Shown: piece after piece, positions 26,571 to 39,399 of the stretch
How positions within the stretch are numbered: position 1 is the first letter of the stretch
Layout of the letters: every line of letters begins with the position of its first letter
DNA from: Raillietiella orientalis
Lineage: Eukaryota
Assembly (NCBI GenBank): GCA_036172245.1
Contig: JAYWIR010000040.1
Location: 1,488,001-1,552,000 of the forward strand
Length of the DNA stretch: 64,000 nucleotides
Direction of reading: 5' to 3'
Notes under the pieces: model-generated
Database searches by the model: none
Seen by the model: the letters and a program-made list of their open reading frames with translations, nothing else
What the model was told of the DNA's origin: nothing
Position numbers and translations under genes: made by a program

Positions 26571-29500
26571 TTTTTTTTCACCCGGTCACGCCGGGGCGTT
26601 TGTTTTCTAAAAATAAACCAGCTGGTAACACGCGGGGTCCCAAGCGAAGAAAAAAAAAAGGGAGGGTCCACCGACGCGCAGGTCGGGGTATCCCAAAGTC
26701 CGGAACGGAGGAGGGACGCGGGATCTCAAAGTAAATCCGACGGAATGGGGCAGGGATCTCTGGATTCGCTCCTTGTGCACCGGGATCAAAACGAAAAATA
26801 CCGCGGAAGTTGCGGAGCGAACGGGGATAGGGAATGAGAGAGAGAGAGAGAGAAGGGAAGCAAGCGACAAGGGTCACCGGTGTCCGCCGTTCCTTCACTT
26901 CAGCACCGACGATCTCCCTCTTGACTTCTTGAAGGTGAGGCCACCGTGCAGCCGTCCTCTTGTAGGCGACCGCCATCCCGGTGGCCACTCTTCGCTGCGC
27001 CCGAGTCTCGAGCACATGGCGGGCCGTGACTATGGCGCTGCCACGGTTGCGATTGCCGCGCCCGTCGAGAGAGCTCCGGGCGCCAACAACTCCCGCAGAA
27101 GGTCGCGGGCGGTGCCTGTCCTCCTGGTGCAGGGGCGCTGATGCCAGCTTCCTTCGCAGTTCCTTGGGAAGGCGCCGCAGCAGCCCAAAAGCAGGTGCGT
27201 CGACCCGCACCTGGAACAGCAGTTTGGGGACGCAACCTCTGCGGAAACGCGGTGCAGGCGCTCGTCGCACTGGAATCCCCTCAGTGGAGGATTGGAGCAT
27301 CACACGACCTGTTTCCAGGAGAACACTGAACGGGGGAACACTCCCGTAACCGTTCAAACAATGGGAGGAGAGGGACGACAAGTTCTTCGGGGGCGACGCT
27401 CGAAAGTTCGGTCCACCGAAGGAGTCCCGTCGGCACGGCACGCGGAGTGCCAGCTCGCGCGTCTTCCAGCCTCCAAGGAGTTGGGTACTGCCCGCCATGG
27501 TGCAGGAAAAACCCCCTCCTCGCCAGCTGGCAGCAGTCGTCTCTTGCCCTGACAGGCGCACAGAAAGGGCAAGTCCACAGCTTGGCGCAGAGTGCCAGCG
27601 GCCCTCGGAACTGCACTTGCAGCTCGATTATCTCCAGCGCCTAGATGCCCAAGCCGGCATCCCGACACAGATCCGAAGTGGTGGGTTCCTACACAGAAAG
27701 CTCCTTTCCTGTTCCCGGCTGTGCCCCTTTTTCACCTTGGGGCGTAGGGAGAGTTCGACAGGAGATCGGGGCCACCGACGTGCGCGCACTGCATCTTGGA
27801 ATTCGCGGAGAAGCGGACCGTCCTCAGGAGCTTCAGCGGAGGCATCCTCGAAGAGACTGCGCAGTCGGTTGACTTGGAAACGGGTGGGTGATCCCCGAAG
27901 TGTCGTTTCGGCTTCGGCGGCTCCTGCTGGCTGGCAGTTTGCGTGGCGTCGGACGCGAAGGGCTAAAACCTTCCGAACGTGGAGGTGGTGCAGTGCACAA
28001 GTTAAAGTGTACATCGTGCGCAGTACAATTTCGTATGTTGTGTATGGCTTGGTGCGGCGCACGGTCTGGCAAGTGATGCACGATTTCGTGCAGAGTGCGC
28101 CCGCGTTGAGACTTCGTTGCAGTCAAGAAGTCTTCCTTTCGGGAGGAAAAGCTTCGAGCATCCCGTCAGGGCGCTTCCCAGGAAGAGGTCGTCGTTAAGT
28201 GGCTGCGGAGGAAGGATGCTTTACTCAAACGATGATCGTCCTTTTTTTTTTTTTTCTCTTACGTGATACTTGGCTTCCGGGGTCTTCCGCCCTTCCCTGC
28301 ACCCATCCATTCTTCTGAAGGGACTTTTGGAGTCTTCCTCTCTGCCTACGAAGTCCGGCGAGAGACCCCGCAAGAGCAGGCGGGCGTCCTCCGGAAATTC
28401 TGCCGAGGTGCCGGGAGGCTGGCTGATCCCCCCCCCCCCCCTCTCTGCTTTCCCTTCCGCAACCTCCCCTTTCGGATGGCTCTCTTCCCTGCCCCTCCTT
28501 CCCCCCCAGATCCTTGAAGGCGCGTGCGTGGCCAGCGCCTAACTGGACCGGTCGTTCGCGCGTGTGCATCCCGGGTGCTGCGCTGATCCCCCGGCGCGAC
28601 TCCACAGAGGGAGGCATGGAAGAAAAACAAGATGGAGAAACTCGCGGTCCACCCGACTCCCGCCGGCGGCGCGGAGATCCTCCGCGCGGCGCGGCTGCGG
28701 GACCTTGATGGGTTTGGCCTCCGCCCTCTTCGGGGAGTCTCTTCTGAAGGCCGCCGGACAGATCTCCGGAGCCGAACGCCTCCCTTTCCGGTCCTCTTGA
28801 GGGCACTGCGCGGTCTCGGCCGGATTGTCCGTGCGCCAAGCGGGAAGGCGTTCCTCCTCTTCTCCTCCTCCTCGCCCACACGCTTCTCTCGGGCTTCTGC
28901 GAGGATGGTTCCTGGCTCCCTCCGCTGGTCCGCCGCCACCGCGCTTGGCCGTCGGCCGGAACTGCGCGCGCGCACCTTGACGTTTACGGAAACTCCTCAC
29001 CGGGGAAAGCCCGTCGCCCAGCAACTCCTTGTTTACACCCTCTACCCGCCCCCCCCCCCCCCACCTCCGTCCCAGTCTCCAATCCTCCTTGATCCTGCAC
29101 GTCCTGCCGGCGCCACCACCGCGGCAACAAATAACGCTTTGATCGGGAGGGAGGAAGACCGGAAGTGATGGACCGTCGCCGTCCTGGGATGGCGTCGACA
29201 CCTCGGCACGCGAGACGGCGGAGGGACCATCAGCAGCAGAGTCCGCTGGCTGGCTGGCTGCTGCTGCTCTCCTCCTATCTCCGCACTTCACCCCCCCCCC
29301 CCCATCCCCCATCCCCCCCGAGAGCGGCGGCGGTGCGTGCGACCGGCCTCGCGGGAGGCGCGTGACCCGATTCCGTGTTCCCAGAACAGCGAACGGGACC
29401 CGGACCTCGCGGACATTTCGCCGGCGGTGGCGGCTGCGGCCTTCACGCGGCGCCGTCGGACGGCGGAGGCGACGACACCGCCCTTCGGGCCCAGCGGCGG

Positions 29501-29720
29501 CGATCCGCTCGGCCGCGTTTCCTCTTCCCGAGGGCTTCGCCGCCGCCGCCGCCTCTCGAGGCGGAAATGTCTTTCGTTGCTCCTCCCTTCCGGTGGAGCC
29601 ACGACCACCGGCGGGGGAGCGCGAAGCGGAGGCGGCACATTCGTGTGGCGCCTTTTCCTGTATAGAAGCAACGTCGCGTGGCCGCGGGCCTGCGCGAGCG
29701 GCACCGAGCGTCGCGGGTTC
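26571..29720 (-). mobile_element. Degenerate L1/Tx1-like LINE, copy B (APE-RT-zinc knuckle-3'UTR-A8 tail)
   Basis: Minus-strand motifs in order: DVASIQE (about 29675), VNKELLGD, LFLPKG, LHEIVHH..AIHNI, RDAGLGI, NCCSRCGSTHLLLGC, AYKRTAARWPHLQEVKREI; 3' hairpin at 26671-26686; A8 (T8 on +) at 26571-26578. Confidence 0.75.
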
Positions 29721-29789
29721 CCTTCGGGGCTCCCTTGGGAGGAACGGAACCTTTCCGGGTTCCCTCCGGAGAAGAACTGAGGAGTGGTC

Positions 29790-31640
29790 CCACAAACCAG
29801 GGGTCCGTCAAAAGGATCAACGCCGAGAACGGGGAGTGCGTCGTGGGTTTCGAGTTTTGCCCACAGGATGGCGCTGGTTCTCCCCGGTTGACTACGGGCG
29901 CGGCATTGGGGGAAGCCTGATGATATCCCCGTTGAACGGCCAGGATTGGGAGTGGACCCTCCAGAGTCCTTCCGGGGCATCAAGGAGCCGTTCCCCTCCG
30001 GTTGGGAAAATGGGGCCGTACAGTGAAGCTGGTTGACACCCCCCTAGGCAGGGGAAGGGGGAGAGTTCGCCTCTCCAGAGTATCAAGAAGCGTGCCGCTT
30101 CTTTCGTTGAGCTCCCTTCGGGGAAATTCGGAAGCGTCCCTTCGGGGGGTTTCTCTTCAGAGGAGGAAACGAGGAACGGATGCTTTCCAGGGGGTCCTTC
30201 CGGAAACAACCAGGACGAGGTTCGGGGTGCCCCTACCAAGTCCCTCCTGAGAATCGCCCTGTGGGGCACAGGGAGGTCCCGAGTCCTCCTGGAGGACTTG
30301 TGAGCTCCACGTCTCGACGGAGGCCTCGGTCTCCTGACACTGGAGAGCCTGGGGCGGCGGCTCTAGCGGAGGACGCTTGCCCCAGTGGCGAAGCTTTGGA
30401 TCATGAACTGGTGCGAGCGCACGCGACACCTGGTCAAGCGAGCCACCGGCTACGTGGGACTGTCTTCGTTCCTGGCACGGCGGCGCAGACGCAACGCGTC
30501 CAGCTAAGAACTGGAGCTCCTACGGGTGGCCAAGCTGACAACTGGGTCTTCTTCCGGCCCTCAAACGGTAGTGCCTGACTGCAGGAAACCGTTCGCACAT
30601 GGACCAAGAAGGACGAAGAGAGCCCGGAGATGCGGCAGCGACTGCTGCACTCCTACGACAACCGCTCAGTCCAGGACGTCATTGTGCAGCCCACCACGTG
30701 TGCGTGGGCGCAAAGAACCTCCTTAGCTGCGGCACTGCCCTCCATCAGGGAGCACCTGGGAAGTAACCGGGCAGCAACCTGGGACATCATTTGCGAAATA
30801 GGTCTTCGGACGAAGGAATTAGGTGGTCGTACCACGGGACAGTTCACGGAATTTTCGACCTCAAGTGCCCCACCGAAAGGACTATTGCTCTGAGGCGAGC
30901 CGCTGGGAACCCTATGGGAAGGCCTCGAGTGGCCCCCAGCGCTGAAGAACAATCGGGCCCTCTCCGTGAAGTGGCAGGAGTCGGCACTTTTGCTGTTGCC
31001 CTGGGGTCTCCCGTGCAACGCCCGCCGGTCTCATCGGACCCGGGGGACTGCGGACCCCAACTGTTGCAGATGCGGGGAACGGAAATCCCTTCAGCACCTG
31101 CTTGTAGACTGTGTTGCCCTCCGGTCCCTGTGGTTGCGTTACGGAACGGCCCTTAACGCACCGACCGACAATCCCAGGGACGTGATAAAGTGCCTCTTCG
31201 TGAGCGATGCCCTTTCGCCTGCCGTATCCCCAGCAGCTCTTTGCTGCTGCCTAAGCGGAGCGACCTGGAGCCACGCGAGAGGAGGAAGGCACGACAGGGA
31301 CGCCATCTGCTTCACCCTGCGCTTTGTGAGGACGGCAGCAAGATGGCCCCGTCTGGGGCATACTCGGATGGAACTTGCCTATATCCTGGAAAGGATGCAG
31401 AGGGCGCCCTCCAGCTCCCGCTGATCCCTTTCCTAATCCTCCCAATATTGTGTATATATTTTTTTGTTTTATTTTTATTTTTGTTTTCCCCTTCCTCCTC
31501 CGCTGCCGAGGAGAACCTCGTCGGTCTGCGTGCCGGTTATTCGGCAGGTTCCGAGCATTTTCGGACAATGTGGTGCCGATGGCCCTACACATGTATGTTT
31601 ATTTTTTATAATCAATGTCCCCAGTGACCAGGTGGTAAAA
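29790..31640 (+). mobile_element. Degenerate L1/Tx1-like LINE 3' portion, copy C
   Basis: IALWGTGRSRVLLEDL*APRLDGGLGL (about 30250-30340); CCHC knuckle CCRCGERKSLQHLLVDC; C-terminus FVRTAARWPRLGHTRMELAYILERMQRAPSS; T-rich 3'UTR with hairpin 31521-31536. Confidence 0.85.
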
Positions 31641-31699
31641 CTATCAAGCGCGCGAAAAGAATGGACTCTTCCATCTGCGGTCTTGTTGGATTCACAGGG

Positions 31700-34450
31700 T
31701 GGTCCCCTCCCGGGGTACCCACTAACTTGAAGAGCTGCACCATGCACCATCGGGCAACGTCCAAGAGCTTCGTGACCTCCCTCCCTCTTAGGAGGCGAGC
31801 GGTCCTTCAGCACTCCTTGAGACGCCCCCCCCCCCCCCCGAAAAAAACAAAAAACGAAAAAAAAAGCTAGAAGGGAAGCAGCAAGGCAGAAGAACGCGGA
31901 GGGATGTGAGCCGAGGGAGAGAGGCTGCAGATGTGGGCGACGGGAGGAGAACGGAACCGCCATCACCAGTCTGCTCTCGGAAGTAGGTGCCGTCCCTTCC
32001 GTGCCCTCGACCAACCCCTCCCTTCTTGAAAAAGAGAACAAGAGGGAACCGAGCTCCTCGGAAATGGCTTTGCCCAAGGGGCAAGATGTCCTTCTTGAAT
32101 CGGTTCCGTTGTGCGAACCGACCTTTCGAGCTTCTCCCGCATTCGCACAGTGCCATCCGGACGGCGATCCACGCTGCGCAGGGCCGGCGAGCAGTGGCGG
32201 AGGGAGAGGGGGCGAGACCGTCCTGAAGATGTGGGCGTTACTTCCGCACTCTCTCCGGCCTCTCTTGACCTCCACTTGGGAGACCTGAGTGGGGGAGGCA
32301 GGCCGGGTGGGTTCCCTTTCAGCACGCCCCGTTGCCGGGGTTCGCCCTTGGCACACGTCATCCCATGTCAGGATCCCCTACTCCAGCCGGAGAGAAGGAG
32401 TAGACCCCCCAAGTTCCTGAGCCGCGTTGCTCCCCTTCTGGAGTCCCCCATCCCTTCCTCCCTCCTCGGGCTTAGCGCTAACAGAAAACCCTCGGGCGAT
32501 CATCTCGGCACGCAGCGGACCTTTTTCGGAAGCACCCCTGCCGCGGACTCCTTGTTCCACGCACCGCTCTACCAGATGGACCCCTCGACTGGGCAAGCCT
32601 CCAAGGGAACCTCTTCTTCTTCTTAAGGTTTTCCACCGAGGTTTCTCAGTGGGAGACGAAGTTCAGGTGTGGGGGAGTTCGGGGAAGCGTCCTAGCAAGG
32701 ATGGTCGCCTCAACCTGGTGGCATCGAGGGTCGTCCTTGGGAGAAGACAGGTTGCGGGGAGGAAGACGAGGGGACGATCCGACGAGATGCGGGGAGCGAA
32801 AAGGGATGAAGGGTAGCGACGACATTTCGGCAGACGGTGCATCTCTTTCTGTACTCTACATCGTCCACGAGTGTCCGGACTAGGAAACCATCCCTCCCTC
32901 TCCCGGGATGAAGCGGGAACTGTGCTCCGAAGTGGACTGTGGTCGTCGTCCTCCAGAAGCGCGTGCACTTCCATTCACATCAAAATGGGCGCACCCGTTG
33001 CGCCCCCTTATTTTTTGCGGGTGCTCCTCGCCAGGCGCGGAGAAAAGGGGGGATGGGGAACGCGCGGAATTCACGCGCGCGTTGGTGGATCGCGCAGCAG
33101 CACCCGACCGAGCTGCGTTTCCGCAAGTCCCAACGACCCCGGCGCCTGGCCGTTCGTTGCGCAGGCTCCGGGGTGCGTATCGGTGAGACGCGCCTCTCTC
33201 CGGCGGCAGCAGCGGCTTTTGCCTCACAGCAGTGCCGAGACGGTCGTGCCTGAGGGCGAAGGGAGTCTCATCGGGGGAGAGGAGCTCGATGGCGGAGCAG
33301 GAACGCATGGGGGAGTGGTGGGGTCGCACCCCCCCTTCAGGACGCACGCGAGTGTCCAGCTCTGCGCCGTCCGCTCGAAAGTCGCTGCTCGTCTCGGGGA
33401 CTCCAGCCAGAGGGGGAAAGGCAGCGCGCCGCCCGATGCTGCTGCTGCTGCCGCGCAAAAGGGCCAACTCCCGCCACTTCACCCCCGCCCGTCCGAGGTC
33501 TCTGCCTCTTCTGCTGCAGTTCCTCTTGGAGAGAGGAACGAAAGTGGATGGCGAAAGCAGACGCTAACACACAGGGCTGAGATGCGAAGCGGCCGTTCTC
33601 TTTCCCTGTTTCCTGGTTTGCCCCTTCCCGCCCGCGAGGAGGAGAGCCTCCCGGAAGAGTCCTGCAGGCGACCCTTCGGGAAGATGGCCGCTTCCCTGTC
33701 CGCCTCCGCAACTGCCTTCCTCCTCCCGAACGGCTTCGCGCTCCTGCACGTTTTCTGCCCTCCCTTCTGGAAGAGGGAGTCCCAGCGGAGGGACGCTTTT
33801 CCGGGACAGGCGAGAAGAGTCTCGCCTGTCCGGTAGCACTCAGGCTGCGGATGGGCCGCCTTTGTGCCCCTCACGCCTGATGGGTGGGCGGGTGCAGCAA
33901 CAGCGACTGCCGCGGTCCGCTGACGGACGAGTCCTCTTCAGCGATCAGGTCGGACGCCTCGCTCCGCGACTGGCATGGCGGATGGGGACACAGCTGCCGC
34001 GTGCGGGTGGCTCAGGAAGGAGCAACTCGTCTCGAGAGCTCGCACCCCCAGGCGGAGCGCCGTCTGGGGTGCATCCTCCCTCCGGGAGAGGGGTGACATC
34101 TGCCAAGCGACAGGGCGGACCGTCCTTCCTGCATCCCGTCGCAGCAGTCGAGAAACCCCTAGGCCGACCGGTCGACAAGCGCCAGCGGGCAGGTCTGCTT
34201 CGGAGGGGAATGCCCCAGGGTGGACTCGTGGCCTCCATTCCAGCAGCTCGCGCGCGCGGTGCGCCCGGCATGTCGGACCGCGGCGGCGTCCTCCGACGCA
34301 GCCGGGAAGCTCCGCTGAACCTAAAGGAGGACGTCCCCAGGAAACTGTCACGCGCCGGGGCGCCGGCGAAGCTCCTTTCCGTCGCCGCGGCGGTCGCAGC
34401 GCCGAGCCAGCAATCCCGCGGGGCCGCCCACGCACGCATCCATCTCAGGA
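31700..34450 (-). mobile_element. Degenerate L1/Tx1-like LINE, copy G (lacks 3' end)
   Basis: The reverse complement of 31715-31822 closely matches 41153-41260 of copy E; motifs LADV..SSRDELLL (APE), LLPRTTLDATRLRRPSLL (RT1), HLVERCVEQG (RT4). Confidence 0.65.
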
Positions 34451-35399
34451 TGGGGGGGGGGGGGGGGCGCTGACTTCGACGCCAGTATCTCAGGCGGGCT
34501 GTAGAAGGAGATGCAGTGCTGTGGACCGGTGGCCTTGCGCCTCCGCTTACCTTTGCGAATCCTTCCCCTCCCTCATGCCGTTCCCGCCTTCGCCTCACCC
34601 GACCGGGCAGCCTTGGCGTCTTCCCTCCTGTGCGCGCTTTGTTTCTTGATGTCCAAGCAGCACCTCGTCGTGACCTTCGCCGAAAGGACCTGCCTGAAAG
34701 ATGTTAACCTCTCTGGCGTTTCCAGTTGCCTCCTCTTTGTCGATGTTTGCCACCGGCGGGCAGTAGCCAATCGCCAAGATAGAGGGAAGGCGTAGCCGCC
34801 AGCCCGTGGAACCGCTCCACCCACTACCGGCATGCGCAGTGAGGATATCCCGTTTGGGATGCAAGATGCAGCACCACGAACGAACCTTTGGACGATCATG
34901 AGCGGACTGACAAGGGACCGGCGGACAGCATCCCAACTGTCCCTTCCGCTCCCCCTAGTTCCAGGCCCTCGGAAATGGCGTCCCGCACCCTGGGGCGGCA
35001 CATCCCATTCCCTGCTTCTTTACTTTCTCACTGGTCCTCCTCCCTAGTTCTGTCCCCAATGGGGGTAGCCCCCAGGCTACCCTCATTGGTCCCCTTTGTC
35101 CCCAGACTGGCACGTTTCAACCCCTCCCCAACTGCATAGATCTCACTTATTCGTTTCAAATAAATGGTCCAGCAATCCGGGATGCGAAGGTCAAAGACGC
35201 AAGGCCGAAGTACCACTTCATTTAGACTGGAAAAGACAACGGATGCAGCGGGAACAGTAGCGGATGGGAACGAACACTCAGAGGAACCACCGTTCCAGTG
35301 GGCGTGACACAGGTTGCAATGGTCAGAACGGCCGCCTTGTCTGCGTGACCTAACTGGTAGCTTTAAGTTCGACAATTTGGAATCTTTTCAGCGCCGTAG

Positions 35400-36200
35400 T
35401 TCTTCGGTTCCTTAGTCTTGCAGAGTCCTGGAGAGGGAACTGGCAATTCGAGTCGGGAAACAGGCTGAATTCTTTGCTGAGAGGAAAAGTGCCAGAGCTA
35501 CTGATGCCTTCGTTTCGGAAAGGCACCAAGCACATTCGAGGAACCTCAAGGAGACCTTGGGTCTGACACCCCACAAAACGCAGATCGGAAGGAACTTTCC
35601 TGGGAGACGCGGCTGCTGTGCCAGAACACGAATCGGTCCCGTGCGTGTCCCATTCTTCCGATATTTGCGGCGAGCTGTGGTCGGTTCCCACCGGATCGCC
35701 CATCTTGTTTCGCAAGATGCTGCTGCGCGGGAATCTATGCGGCCGCCTTGTAAACCCACGCGCGGCTCACTTTTACAACGGCTTAGGGAACTTCGGCAGT
35801 CGTTCTTATCGGCCCATCATCGTGCGCTGTTACTCGCTGTTCTTCTTCGCTCCACAGATGACGACGGTGTTGCTGCCAGTCTAATTATCAAGTCTACCGT
35901 GACCTTCTTCATCCACCTCTGGACTTATTGGTTCACGCGGGAGCAGCAACTCGAATTTCGTTTACTGCTGCATCGAGTCAGTCCGAGTACCATTAAGAAA
36001 GATTCTTTCCGGTTTTCTGCCACCGTTAGGTCCATCGCGGAATTACTGCGCTGCTCAGGGTACCCTGCTCTCTTTTGATCGTTTGTAGTGGCCACCGAGA
36101 TGACCTTTTTACTGTTTCACGGGAGTCCCGGTCGCAGGACTTGGCCTAGCCCTCGGTCAACTTCCAGCGCGAACCTCCTCCCGGTGCTGAAACCCTTGAG
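35400..36200 (+). mobile_element. Degenerate non-LTR RT fragment, possibly a different clade
   Basis: LKETLGLTPHKTQ (GLx+NxxKT-like), PFFRYL (F+YLG-like), LRQSFLSAHHRALLL, then VAGLGL; catalytic YADD not intact. Confidence 0.4.
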
Positions 36201-36279
36201 CGTCTTCAGCACACACGGTGCGAACGTTCCCGAGAGAAATTCATGATCCTGCATCTGTGACGGCATCGACGCTTTCATG

Positions 36280-37796
36280 ATCGAATCGTTAAGCCGCTCC
36301 GGATCGCTTCCAGAATCTCATGAGCGCACGAGCACACAACAGCAAATCGTCGCCCGCCCCCTCTTTCGCAGCTCTTCGAAGTGCGCGAGGAAATTGACTG
36401 GCGGGAGCTCACAGATCTGCGATCCTTCACCGCGTGAACGGAAGCGGAAATAGACCCGAGGGAGAATCGCAAACCGCGAGCCCCCTTTCCTGCATTCCGA
36501 GTCGGCGTTTCCCGAGCAAACCACCGCCACCACCACCATCGTCGCTCGCTTTTCCGACGGGCAGAGTCCGGTGTGGATGGCGAAGGAGAGGACTTTATGG
36601 GTTTTCACGCCCTTGAAGTCTCTTTGGCAGGCTGCAGCGTCGTCCGACAGACTGCGCATTGGCGCCGAATCCATCGGCGCTTTCCCGTCTTTTTCTTTCG
36701 TCCGCTTTTCAGTCCCGCTTTGGCTCCGGCGGGGAGACGATGCGCTCGGCCGTCCCCGCCTCGTGGTCTCAGCCGAGACGACTTAATGAAGCAGGCACGT
36801 CGCTTCCCGTTCCAAACTTCGTCCTCCATGAGTACTTGAACGCTCTTTCCTCTTCCTTTCTCCTCCCGCCCTCCTCTTCCAGAAAGTTCCTCCACTGCGA
36901 TCCCACGTCTCGTTCGGCGCGAGGACCCTCACGGGAAACGCCAGTTCCGTTCCAGCGGGAACCTCTCTGCTGGAGCGCGAAAGACGACGGGCGCGGTGGA
37001 ACGCGAGCGTCGGCCGCTTGCGTTTCTCCGCCGCCGATCCCGGAAGGGAGCGCGCAGCGCTGTCGGCACGACAGACCGTTCCCGGGAAAGCGGAGCTTCT
37101 GCGAAAGGAGCCGCCGCCCGCTTTTCGGAAATTCGCCAGCGACGTACTTCTTCCCCGCCACGCTGCGGAAGGTCACTTTCGAGTCACGCCGTCCTGACGT
37201 GCGACCCCTCTTCAGAGGTTCTTCAGAAGCAGCCAGGCGACCGGAGGTGTTCCTCGCTGCTTCCATGGCGACCTGGAGGACTCGTGACGGAGACTCGCTC
37301 CGGCACTCCGTCTATCGCAGGACGCCGCTTCTGACCGGATGCGGCGCTTCTTCACTCAAGACGGTCTGGAGACGGGCGCCACGGATCGCAGCGTGATGCC
37401 GCATCCGCACCATGGTGACAGCCCTCTCTCCGTGATGCAGTCTCGTTCGCAGCGATGGGAGGCCACCAGTATGGCAGCCGCAAGTTGGCCTCGTCCGCAA
37501 AAAGAAGTCTCCATGGAGGTCGCCACCATACGCAACCGCTTCTGGAAGGACGGCACGATGAAAGCCAAAGATCCCTCCCCTCCCGTCTTTTTTTATTTAT
37601 TGATTGTCCCTCCCTCCGTTCCCTACTTTTAGTTCGCTCTACTTAGAAGCCGGCCTGCGTACCGGCGGTCATCCCCAGTGAAATTCTTTCTTTTTGGCAT
37701 GTCTTATGTTCAACGGAGTTCTTCTCTGACTTGTGTGTTTTTTTTTTTTCTTTTTTTTTTTTTTCTTAATAAATGTCACGGCGTTACTGCGTGAAA
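36280..37796 (+). mobile_element. Degenerate L1/Tx1-like LINE, copy D
   Basis: RVNGSGNRPEGESQTASPLS (RT4-like), ARFSDG (RT5-like); C-terminus QRWEATSMAAASWPRPQKEVSMEVATIRNRFWKDGTMKAKDP is homologous to copy F; hairpin 37650-37665; terminal AATAAATGTCACGGCGTTACTGCGTG. Confidence 0.7.
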
Positions 37797-39399
37797 GTCT
37801 CAACGGTGACAATCGTTGAAAAGCGGCTCCGTCTGCGGGATGAAGCGAAAGAGGGCATCGCTTGCATCGCAAAGAAGCCGCAGAAGACTGCAATGTTCCT
37901 CAATTTCAAGGTGAGACCTGCAGCTTTCATCTCGAAGACTGGCTCTCGTGACCGGGACGCAGATCCTGACGCATTGGCGTCTTTCCTTCCGGCCACAACT
38001 ACGACGAAAGACCGTTGCGAGGGTCTCGCTTCTGCTGCCACGCAACCGGGGGTGGATGGAACTCCTGGGGATGGTTCTGAAGCAGCTCGCTTCCCTGCTG
38101 GGATCGAGCAACTGGACTTCCTGCCTGTCCGATCCTCCCCCTCGATGATTGCAGGAAGGGAACGGCAAAAGACGTCCGACGTAACGCCGGGAGAAACTCC
38201 CGGAGGTCTCCAGGGCAACGAGGACGGGGGCCCGTCATCCTGGACGACGGCGAGCCAGTCTCCGCGCAGACTCTGGCTCCCCATGCTCGACGACATGCAG
38301 CCTTCGGGCGAAGTGGAGGGACGGAGGAAAGGAGTGCGAGCGCGTCCCAAGGGGAGCTGACGCCGCACACTCGGAATCTGTCCGGCGAGGGCGGAAAAGG
38401 GTGGGAATCGCCGGACGACGCGAGACTCACGGAAACCTCACAGGACTTTGAGGGCTCTGCCGCCCCCTCCCCGTCCGCCATACTGCACGAGGTGTTCGAC
38501 CCCATCAGGTCCTCCCCTCAAAGAGAAAAAGATAGCCGCTTTTGTCGCTTCCGGTAAGATGAAGAGTCGCTATTCGTGGACTGCAGCTTGGGGGGAGAAG
38601 AATGCAGATGCCAAGGAATTCCGAAGGACCTCGCGAGGGGGAGACACCCTTGCCTGAGGGCAGGTTTTTTTTTTTTTTTTTTAAAGTTTGGTGGTGGGAT
38701 AGGGGGAGCTTTAGAAGCAGATAGAGAGACCTCAGGGATGGCGTGCGACCAGATGACCTACGGACACAGTCAGGATTGGGAAGATTCCTGGTCGAGGAAG
38801 AGCTGCCGGGCAGGGTGGGGCGGAGACGGGAGAGAGGGAGGAGGAAGATAAAGGTGCCTAGGAAGAGCCGTCTAGTCAAAGCTCCTGACTCCCTCCCTAC
38901 GGCGAGGCGCACGCATGCCGGGAGTCCTTGGCGGTCGACCGCCGCGCGACGGCGGAGATGCGACGCGGGGCTGCAGGAGGGGAGGAGAGGCGCCGCTTCC
39001 TCTCCGGCGAGAACCAGCACCAGCAGCAGGAATCGCCCCGGATGCCAGGCTAAGGAGAGCGGGAAGTTTCCTCCCTCCTTCCGGTCGGAGCGGAGACCAC
39101 CTGGCCGGCGGTCGGAAACTGAAGGGCAGGCCGCGAGCTCCACAGACAGGATTGGGGAGTCCGGAACGGGAAGGAACCAGGAGCGGACGGAGGGGGCAAA
39201 GAAGACGGGAAATCCCTGGGACGAGGAGAGGGCAGTCGTCGGGGCTCGTCCTATGGGAGGAAGAACCGTCCTCTCTCTCCTTGGTATGGAGTTCCTGTTC
39301 GGTTTTCCTGATGGGGGGGGGGGGGGGAAGGAGGAGGAAAAGGGGGAAGGAGGAAGAGGGAGGAAGGCGAAATGGCCCGTCCCCACCAGCTAGCAAGGC

